64,000 bases of DNA. It comes from Octopus sinensis. Taxonomy: Eukaryota. Location: the NCBI RefSeq assembly GCF_006345805.1, contig NC_043007.1:1860001-1924000 (forward strand), in the 5' to 3' direction. A model generated the notes under the pieces. That model ran no database searches and was not told the DNA's origin. It saw only the letters and a list, made by a program, of their open reading frames with translations. A program made the position numbers and the translations under genes. This document shows, in pieces, positions 53,523 to 64,000 of this stretch (position 1 is its first letter; the number at the start of each line of letters is the position of its first letter).

Positions 53523-53974
53523 GTTTTTGTTGTTGTTGTTAATGGTAGTGGTATTGATATTATTTTTTACTTGGTGCTTTTTATGTGTGTTCTACTGCAC
53601 CCCTTAGATACACTTCTGTCCCTTAGGTGCACAAACCACTGTGCTCCTATTATTGTGCGTACTGCCGATCACCTATGCTCCCCCTGCTGGTATAACACAT
53701 CAGTGTCTTTCGTTACGGGGGTGTTTAACTTGTTCCTTGTTCTGAGTGCTTGTTCATTTGTGCATGGTGCGTGCAGTGCGAGTTGTGTTATTTTATCAGG
53801 TATTAATCTTCTAGAATATAAGGCTGCACAAATTGCATCGTTTTTTGATTGTTCGGTGTTTTATTGTGTAGGGGTGGGGGTGGGGGTGGAAACGGTTCTG
53901 TTTGTGCTGTGTTATTGAATTGAATGTGTTAGGCGTAAGATGTGGGCTGTTCCTAACAAAGCAATTTTTTGGGA

Positions 53975-54009
<35 letters not shown>

Positions 54010-54043
54010 CATTTTTCATCATCATCATCATCAACATCCCTAC

Positions 54044-54124
<81 letters not shown>

Positions 54125-54194
54125 TACATATATATATATACATATATATATATACATACATATATATATATACATATATACACACATATATACA

Positions 54195-54245
<51 letters not shown>

Positions 54246-54311
54246 TATATATATACACCTATATATACACATATATATATACATACATACATACGTACAT
54301 ACATATATACA

Positions 54312-54377
<66 letters not shown>

Positions 54378-54382
54378 TATAT

Positions 54383-54423
<41 letters not shown>

Positions 54424-54927
54424 TTTCTTTTTTTTCCTTAATCCTTGCCTATCAGAGTGTGCATGTTCAAGATGCCTGCAATGCAAAAAAACAACAGTAC
54501 TTATTGAATTCAGAAGAAGTATTGAATTTCCAGTAAATTCACATAACTAACTATAGCTCAGAGCATAGCTTTAGCTTATTTGTGGAGTATTTCTTCTTTT
54601 CTCTCCTTTTTTTCTTTCCCTCGATAAACCAGAAATGCTTTGTTTTTTTTTAAAGTTTTTTAACATTCCTATTGTTTCGATTATGTTGTTAAAGATAGAT
54701 CTGTTCTCTCAAAAAATTATTGCTCTTAGAATCAAAATGAATTTTATAAAAAAAAAATGTGTAGGAGTGGCTGTGTGGTAAGTAGCTTGCTAACCAACCA
54801 CATGGTTCCGGGTTCAGTCCCACTGCATGGCATCTTGGGCAAGTGTCTTCTGCTATAGCCCCGGGCCGCCAAAGCCTTGTGAGTGGATTTGGTAGACGGA
54901 AACTGAAAGAAGCCAGTCGTATATATG

Positions 54928-54960
<33 letters not shown>

Positions 54961-55423
54961 GCGTGTATATGTTTGTGTGTCTGTGTTTGTCCCCCTAGCA
55001 TTGCTTGACAACCGATGCTGGTGTGTTTACATCCCTGTCACTTAGCGGTTCGGCAAAAAGAGACCGATAGAATAAGTACTGGGGTCGAGTTGCTCGACTA
55101 AAGGCGGTGCTCCAGCATGGCTGCAGTCAAATGACTGAAACAAGTAAGAGAGTAAGAGTATTTTTTTCTTTTTTTGTGTGTGAATGAAGTGTGTGATTAC
55201 CTTTTTAATGTTGAAGCTAATGTCTGGGATAAGGAGAATATTTGAAAGATGGGTGGCCATAATGAAAAGAGAGCAGAAAAGGTTTAGACGTGGATGCATG
55301 GGTCAGAAGGTTGCCTTGCAACCACCTGCTCTCAGGTTCAATATTACTGTGACAGAGCTTAGGCAAGTGTCTCAAGGCCAACCGATGTGAGTTGGTTGAC
55401 AGATGCTCACATTAATTAAGTCG

Positions 55424-55836
55424 GCAAGCTGGCAGAAACGTTAGCACACCGGGCAAAATGCTTTGTGGTATTTCGTCTGCCGCTACGTTCTGAGTTCAAA
55501 TTCCGCCGAGGTCGACTTTGCCTTTCATCCTTTCGGGGTCGATAAATTAAGTACCAGTTACACACTGGGGTCGATATAATTGACTTAATCCATCTATCTC
55601 TCCTTGTTTGTCCTCTCTGTGTTTAGCCCCTTGTGGGTAGTAAAGAAATAGGTATTTTGTCTGCTGTTACGTTCTGAGTTCAAATTCCACCGAGGTCGAC
55701 TTTGCCTTTCATCCTTTTGGGATTGATAAGTTAAGTACCAGTTACACACTGGGGTTGATCTAATCGACTTAATCCCTTTGTCTGTCCTTGTTTGTCCCCT
55801 CTATGTTTAGCCCCTCGTGGGCAATAAAGAAATAAG
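55424..55836 (+). mobile_element. Meta-like SINE dimer
   Basis: Head plus two units, ending in the linker. Confidence 0.75.
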
Positions 55837-56269
55837 ATGCTCACATTAATTGACAGAAACTACATGGCAACCTGTCATTGTGTGTGTATGTGTGTGTGTG
55901 TGTGCGTACACTTGAATACACGCTTCTATCATTCCTCTCTTAGGCAACCAATGTGGATGTGTGTGTGTGTGTGTGTGTGTGTGTGGAGTTACCATTTCCA
56001 TTTTATTGGCACGAAGCCACTTAATCTAAAAATGATATTGTGTTAACACTGCCAGGGAAGATTATGCATTGTAGCTGTGCAGTTTTGAACTGAAGTGGGA
56101 AATTGAAGTAAAAGACAAAAAGCACAAAGCAGAATAAAATCCTTTATTTAAAAACCAGGTGAGGGTTGATAACAAGAAGTGCATCTGGCTGTGAAAGCAC
56201 TGCCTCAAATGTTTACTCATCCAACCCATACAAGCAGAATAAAATAGATGTAAAACAAACAACCAAACA

Positions 56270-56331
<62 letters not shown>

Positions 56332-56729
56332 GGAGTGGCTGTGTGTTAAGTAGCTTGCTTACCACCCACATGGTTACGGGTTCAGTTCCTCTGCATGGCA
56401 CCTTGTGCAAGTGTCTTCTACTATAGCTGCAGGCCAACCAAAGCCTTGTGAGTGGATTTGGTAGACAGAAACTCAAAGAAGCCCATCGTCTATACATATG
56501 TGTGTGTGTGTGTGTGTGTGTGTATGTTTGTGTTTATCTCCCTTCAACATCGCTTGACAACCAATGTTGGTGAGTTTACATCCCCGTAACTTAGCAGTTC
56601 AGCAAAAGAGACCGAGAGAATAAGTACTAGGTTTACAAAGAATAAGTCCTGGGGTCGATTTGTTTGACTAAAGGTGGTGCTCCAGCATGGCCGCAGTCAA
56701 ATTACTGAAACAAGTAATAGAGTAAAAGA

Positions 56730-56774
<45 letters not shown>

Positions 56775-56781
<7 letters not shown>

Positions 56782-57369
56782 AGGGTAGCAAAAAATTCTA
56801 GAAAAATTCTCCTCTACCAGCAGTCAAGTGAGAAAGAAAAAAATAGTCAATAGAATATGTAATATACATTCAAACATATAAGGGATGGCCATAATAGGAC
56901 ATCCGACTCACTAGAAAGAGCAGCTAAACTGCAAACCACTAATAGTTGTAACTCTGAAATGGAAAGAGAAATAAAAACGTTTACCCTCTCCCTTCTGGAC
57001 TATGCATAGTTTCGGCAATCTTTTGTAAATAAATTAAATTAAATTAAATTTATTTACCATTGGCGTTGCACTCATCAGCAGAAAAGCCAAGGACTACCAT
57101 TAATTTAATTTAATTTATTTACAAAAGATTGCCGAAACTATGCATAGTCCAGAAGGGAGAGGGTAAACGTTTTTATTTCTCTTTCCATTTCAGAGTTACA
57201 ACTATTAGTGGTTTGCAGTTTAGCTGCTCTTTCTAGTGAGTCGGATGTCCTATTATGGCCATCCCTTATATGTTTGAATGTATATTACATAGTCTATTGA
57301 CTATTTTTTTCTTTCTCACTTGACTGCTGGTAGCGGAGAATTTTTCTAGAATTTTTTGCTACCCTAAAA

Positions 57370-57372
<3 letters not shown>
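56775..57372. repeat. foldback: 272-bp inverted arms (56775-57046 / 57101-57372), 54-nt spacer, flanked by (TA)n
   Basis: Arms are reverse complements; by eye only two mismatched pairs (56813/57334 and 56855/57292). Confidence 0.95.
56990..57086 (-). ncRNA. type-I hammerhead ribozyme motif with GUC cleavage triplet
   Basis: Minus strand: stem I CUUUUCUG/CAGAAGGG, CUGAUGA, stem II G(U)GCAA/UUGCC with long loop, GAAA, 12-nt palindrome ACUAUGCAUAGU as stem III, GUC. Confidence 0.8.
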
Positions 57373-57424
<52 letters not shown>

Positions 57425-57646
57425 TCTTTTACTCTTTTACTTGTTTCAGTCATTTGACTGCGGCCATGCTGGAGCACCGCCTTTAGTCGAGCAAATCGAC
57501 CCCGGGACTTATTCTTTGTAAGCCCAGTACTTATTCTATCGGTCTCTTTTGCCGAACCACTAAGTGACGGGGACGTAAACACACCAGCATCGGTTGTCAA
57601 GCAATGCTAGGGGGACAAACACAGACACACAAACATATACACACAC

Positions 57647-57677
<31 letters not shown>

Positions 57678-58660
57678 CATATATACGACAGGCTTCTTTC
57701 AGTTTCCGTCTACCAAATCCACTCACAAGGCATTGGTCGGCCCGGGGCTATAGCAGAAGACACTTGCCCCAGATGCCACGCAGTGGGACTGAACCCGGAA
57801 CCATGTGGTTGGTTAGCAAGCTACTTACCACACAGCCACTCCTGCACCTTATATATATATATATATGTTTGGCATTATGCTGTACTTGAGAAGAAGACCC
57901 ATCAAGCCAATGTGACAGATACTGGCGCCACACAAATGGCACTCTTGCCAGTGGCATGTAAATGCACTCATTAACACTCTCAGAATGGTTGACGTTAGGC
58001 AGGACAACCATGCCAAATCAGCAGCCTTCCACTTGAGCAAACCATACAACCCATGGGCAACATATGTGAAATGATGGTGATGATGATGATGACGATGATG
58101 ATGGTGATGTTGATGATGATATCTGGCTGCATATATACATACATATATACACTTGTGTGTGTGTGTGTGTATATGTATATGCATGCATGCACCTATGTAT
58201 GTATATGTGTGTGTGTGTGTATGCATGTATGTATGTGTATGTAAATACATGTATATATGCTTGCATATGTGCTTATACATATATTTATGAGTGTGTCTGT
58301 GCACCGCATAGAAAAGAAACCTAATCATTTATTCCCTGTAAATGTTGTGGTAAATAAAGCTAATTAAATCCCCTTTCATGGCTGGGTTATCAGTGAATAG
58401 GTGATCAGCCCTGTTGACCTTTTCGGGGAGATTCTGATATGTATCCTTAATATGCTCCCTCCCCACCACCACCACCACTACAAACAACAACAACAACAAA
58501 AACAACCACAACAACAAATGTATGAAAAAACAAAAACTTCAGCATCAAACCTGAGCAAGTGATTTTCTAATCAGGTAATCTGGTGCTTACCCTGGCCCTG
58601 CTCATTCTTCCCCCCCCCCTTGCAACACAAATACTCTCATACACGTACTACACACATAAG

Positions 58661-58706
<46 letters not shown>

Positions 58707-60055
58707 TTCATTCTCTCTTTCATGCTGAGTTTCTCTTGCATTTTTGCTTTCTCTTTTTAAATTTTCTTCTTGTTTTCGTGCATTCAACTCAGCAACGAAC
58801 TTTATGAAAGCAAATTTTTTTCCCCACTGGAAAAGAAGATCCGAGTTTATATATGTAATTTAGCTATTATTTTTTGCAAGACAACATGTGTCTGTTTAGT
58901 CTGTTGTCAGTTCATCACTCTGCTGCTTTTATGGTAGACTGCTGTGAAAAGAAATAAAATAATAGAATGATAAGTCTAAGGTAGCATTGGTGTCTGAATG
59001 CTGTTGAACAAGTTCTTTAGTGCTGGTTTCACAGTAAGTGTACCACATGCAGGTGAGAGAGGGGTTACCAAGGGTTCACATTAAATCTTCAACTTACTTT
59101 AAAAATATGTCTGGTCTCTTGGCATGGGTTAGTCTTCAGATCTTGTCCCTGGTTTCTGTCACTGTTTGTCAGAGAGCATCAATGGAAGATTCTTTCTTGT
59201 AGTGGCCTGTTGCTCCAAGATTGTATTGGGGGGTTTTTTGTGCCTTTTGAGAAATGTCAAAGAATTACTATATCACCATCGTCATCATTGTTGTTTTAAC
59301 GTCTGCTTTCCATGCTGGCATGGGTTGACTGAAGGCTGGCAAGCCAGAGGGCTGCACCAGGCTCCAATCCAGTCTGGCAAAGTTTCTACAGCTGGGTGTC
59401 CTTCCTAATGCCAAGCACTCCAAGAGTGTAGTGGGTGTTTTTTACATGCCACTGGCACAGGACCAGTCAGCTGGCACCAGCATCGACCATGTCTGAATGG
59501 TGCTTTTTACATGCTACCAGCACAAGTGCCAGTCAAGCAGTACTGGCATCAACCACGTTTGAACGGTGCATTTTACATGCCACTGGCACAGGACCAGTCA
59601 GCTGGTACTGGCATCAATTACACTTGAATGGTGCTTTTTAGGTGCCACCAGCACAGGAGCCAATCAGGTGGTACTGTCATCAGCTACGACAACTTCACCT
59701 GCCTCAACAGGTTTTTGCAAGCACAGTTTATTGCCCAATGATTGAAGGGTACTCTTAAATGGGCTGGTTATGCTGCCCTAGCATATATCCTCCCTATAAA
59801 TGAACAACTTACAACCAAAATCTTCATAGTCCTTATAACTGAGTGGACTGATAGCTCTATGTTGACCATATGACTGTAACATACTTAAAACGCATCTTAC
59901 ATCTTAGATCTTCTCTCAGGCTCTCACCGATTGCTGACACTATATATGGCATAAAAGTTTCCTCTTCAGCCACTGAAATTCTGACCACACATTCAGAATG
60001 CCTGCACCTAAATATTCCTAAATAAAACAAGACCACTCAACTCACTTGTAAAACT

Positions 60056-60370
60056 TTGATCACATTGTGTCCTCCTTTATCCATCTCTTCTTACTACAAT
60101 TCTTTTGGGCCCTCCTTTCAACCAGCAAACACCATACCTTCACCACCCATTCCCTCCACATCCTCTTTTTTCTTTATGTTACTGTCTCTCTTGTCCCACC
60201 AAAAATTCTGTACCAAATGCCTTACCGAGGCTTTTATCTCCAGAGTGGCTACCATCTGGAATTTCCTTCCCTGCAGATTTCATAGGGATCTCTTTGACTC
60301 CACCAGGACTGAGGGCCCAACACAAAGCATGAACATAGTTATTTCTCTTGCTCCTCTTAAGGGCTATCTT
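60056..60370 (+). mobile_element. degenerate CR1/Jockey-like LINE 3' remnant
   Basis: AFISRVATIWNFLP resembles the SFxPRTxxLWNSLP C-terminal motif. Confidence 0.4.
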
Positions 60371-61649
60371 TTTTTCCTTTTTCTTCTTTTTTGGCCTGTA
60401 GTAAAGGTCACAGAGGGACGAAAGTAGAGATGCGCTGCAACTTCAGAGCTCAATATATAAAATAACTAAAATAAAATTTCTTGCATGAAACCGGTGGAGT
60501 TGTTTAGTTTGGAAATGCCCCAGCATGGTCACAGGTGCAGGAGTGGCTGTGTGGTAAGAAGCTTGATTCCCAACCACATGGTTTTGGGTTCAGTCCCACT
60601 GTGTGACACCTTGGGCAAGTGTCTTCTACAATAGCCCTGAGCTGACCAAAGGCTTGTGAGTGGATTTGGTAGACGGAAACTGAAAGAAGCCTGTCATAGA
60701 TATACATGTATGTATGTGTATATGTTTGTGTGTCTGTGCTTGTCCACCCAATGTTGTTTGACAACCGATGTTGGTGTGTTTACATCCCCGTAACTCTGCG
60801 GTTGGCAAGAGAGACTGACAGAATAGGTACTAGGCTTACAAAGAATGAGTCCTGGGGTCAATTTGTTTGACCAAAGGCAGTGCTCCAGCATGGCTGCAGT
60901 CAAATGACTGAAGCAAATAAAAGAATAAAAGAATAAAAAAGTTTACTGTGGAGCATATTCTTTGAACCTGACACCCCCCTCCTCACACACACACCACACA
61001 CACAGTGTTTATAAGAAACAAAAGGCTTGTTTTTTTTTTGTGGCTGTGGTTTTATTTTCACATTGTAACTTTTTTTATTCATTTTTATCACTGCTCTGAT
61101 TCGATGTTTAGAATTCAGTTTTTTTTTTCTTGTTGGTTTTCTCAAAGTTTTAAGAGCTTTATGTTTGAGGAACTCAGACATTTCTTTCCTAAACAAAAAT
61201 GATAAAAGAATCGTTTTGTGCCAAAGATCGTTAAGTAGCTGTTAATTGTTTTTTTTTTCTTATTTAATCTCTGGCTGGCAATTTTGAGGGAAACTTATAT
61301 ATCTGATGCTTTCAACTGCAGTATTTAGCTAGGACTTCATTTTACCAACCCCAGAGCGAAGAAAGACAAAGTTAACTTCTGCAGGATTTGAAATCAGAAT
61401 GTTAAGGGCGAGAATATATACCACAAGGTATTTTTCTGCTGCTCTAATTGTTCTGTCAATCCCACACCCTATTCATAACATTTTGGGAGATGTTCTGAGT
61501 TCAAATCCTTCAATGGTTAACTATGCTCTTCACCTTTTCCGGATTGACAAAATGAAGTACCAGTCATGTACTGGGGTTTACACAATCAACTTGTGCCAAA
61601 GTTAGAAACAATTATTATTATTGGTATTGTTGTTCTTATCATTATTCAA

Positions 61650-62190
61650 AGGTGGCAAGCTGGCAGAATCGTTAGCACACCAGGGATAATGATTAGTGGT
61701 ATTTCGTCTGCCGATATGTTCTGAGTTCAAAATCCGCCAAGGTTGACTTTGCCTTTCATCCTTTCGGGGTCAATTAAATAAGTACCAGTTACCCACTGGG
61801 GTCAATATAATCGACTTAATCCATTTGTCTGTACTTTTTTTGTCTTCTGTGTTTAGCCCCTTGTGGGTAGTAAAGAAATAGATGTTTCATCTGCCACTAC
61901 GTTCTGAGTTCAAATCCCACCGAATTCAACTTTGCCTTTCATCCTTCTGGAGTCGATAAATTAAGTACTAGTTACGCACTGGGGTCGATGTAATTAACTA
62001 GTCCCTTCCCCCAGATTTCAGCTTCTGTGCCTATGGTAGAAGGGTTTATTATTATTATTCGAAGTCCACCAAGGTCGATTTTGCCTTTCTTCTTTCCAGG
62101 GTCGATAAAGTAAGTATCAGTTGAGCGCTGGGGCCGATGTAATCGACTAGCCCTCTTCCCTGAAATTGCTGGTCCTGTGCTAAAATTTGA
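61650..62190 (+). mobile_element. Meta-like SINE multimer
   Basis: Head plus two units, followed by a further partial copy. Confidence 0.7.
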
Positions 62191-62997
62191 AATCTTCTTC
62201 ATCATCATCATCATCATCACTACCATCATTAGTTACTGTTTCATCCTTATTTTGCAGTTTCTTGTGTATTTTATCTCTGAAACTCAATATGTTTAGTCAA
62301 ATGATGTTGGAATGATTTAGTAACCTGAAAGAATATATTTTTGAATTTTTCTTTTTCTTTTTCTTTTTTTTTTGTTTGTTCTGATAGACTAAACAAATAC
62401 TTATTGGCAACTGTATTGAATAAATCCCAAAATAATTCTTTGGTACCAGTGTCTGTGATGAGATATTTAACTTTGATGACTTAGCATCAAGTTTCAACAT
62501 CAATAAGACACCATGACCCCAGGATCCAGATTCAAATAAACAAAGGCCCAGACATGCAGAGCATCTGATGTTTCTATTTAACGATGGTTATTTCTAACCT
62601 GAAGTTTAAATAATGTTAAATGTTAATATGTTAAGGCTTGTCTAATCAATTTGCTGAGGGAAAACAAGCAATCAAAATTGTGAGTTAATTACTTCCAAAA
62701 CACTACTTTGTGTTCCTGAGTATTATTTTTTTTCTGTGGGTTCATTGATTAAGGAAACAGAAACCAATTTTAGATAAGGATGGTGATGATGATGATGGTG
62801 ATGATGATGATGATGATATGTAGATGAATAGTCCTGCTCAAATTATTTGTTTGGTTTGACGCGTTAATAAAAGAAAAAAGATAAAGAAAAAGATAGCATT
62901 TTGTGAATGTTTTGTGTTATCATTATCATCGTTATCCGATGTTTGTTATCCATTCTGGCATGTGTCGGATAAGTCGCAATAGTCTGAGTCAGTTATT

Positions 62998-63220
62998 TGA
63001 TTCTTTATTGCCCACAAGGGACTAAACATAGAGCGGACAGACTAAGAGACAGAGTCGATTACATCAACCCCAGCGCGTAACTGGTACTTATTTAATTGAC
63101 CCTGAAAGGATGAAAGGCAAAGTTGACCTCAGTGGAATTTGAACTCAGAACGTAGCAGCAGACGAAATACTGCTAAGCATTTCGCCCAGCGTGCTAACGA
63201 TTCTGCCAGCTTGTTGCCTT
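62998..63220 (-). mobile_element. Meta-like SINE
   Basis: Reverse complement of head, core and linker. Confidence 0.7.
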
Positions 63221-64000
63221 CTGAGTCAGTTATTATTGGAATTTACTGCCCTCCTTCATGGGTCAGAGAACCATGTATTGCATGTTTGATGTGGTTTCTA
63301 TGACGGGATGTTTTTCCTAACACAAACCACACTACAGAGTATAATGGATACATTTCATTATAGCACCAGCTTAGAGGAGTTGCCATGTCCTCAACAAAAC
63401 TAAAGAGTTCTTTTAACCCTACATTATCTCAGCTCATTTGTCCAGAGCCTTAGGGCCAAAAAGACAACACTAGTGGGTAATGCTTAGAAAATGTCCTAAA
63501 GGGCAGAGAGACAGAGAATTTGCAACTGGTCAGCTTGGGACCAGTGTAAGAAAGGAAGAGAAATGGAAGCTGGCTGCAGGTCACGTGACAGCAGCAGGCA
63601 GAGGAGAAAGAGAGCAAGGGAGAGGGAGGGAGAATGACAGAGAGAAAACAAAGAGGGAGAGATGGAAGGAGAAAGGCTAAGGATAGAAAGGGAGAAAGTG
63701 GAAACGAGAAAAGAGGTGAGAGGGTGAGAGAAAGAAAAGGGGAAAGAATGAAAGCAAGAGAGAGAGAGAGAGAAAGATTCACAAGGGTATATAGAAGACT
63801 TATTACTACAAATACATACATGCACACACACACACACACACACACATGCATACATATTCATCATCATCATCGTTTAATGTCCGTTTTCCATGCTAGCATG
63901 GGTTGGACGGTTCAACCGGGGTCTGGGAAGCCAGAAGGCTGCACCAGGCTCCAGTCTGATATGGCAGTGTTTCTACAGCTGGATGCCCTTCCTAACGCCA

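Noticed and set aside
53811-54550. Long ORFs rich in IY/YI, HT, CV, poly-I/M/H (also 15242, 18590-19126, 38446, 51530 and others)
   Set aside because: Translations of (TA)n, (CA)n, (TG)n and (ATC)n microsatellites; not genes.

Overview
AT-rich, microsatellite-laden eukaryotic DNA. The repeat content (tRNA-derived CORE- and Meta-type SINEs, RTE LINEs) is typical of an octopod cephalopod; the species is an inference. The only cellular gene I can support is MON2 (+ strand): four internal coding exons (18156-18266, 19693-19868, 33589-33751, 39656-39919) with canonical AG/GT sites and compatible phases, so most of the window is probably MON2 intron. Almost all ORF-track entries are microsatellite or repeat artefacts. 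The introns hold a 5'-truncated RTE LINE with an expanded modular 3' UTR, many short RTE-tail elements, SINE multimers, piggyBac-like MITEs, a Helitron-like element and several foldbacks. The most notable signal is at least four unrelated short-repeat families carrying type-I hammerhead ribozyme (HHR) folds of the Penelope-like-element kind. These include a tRNA-headed SINE-like element with an HHR in its tail (2 copies) and a 272-bp-arm foldback with a complete GUC-cleaving HHR. All folds were read by eye; none was computed or tested.
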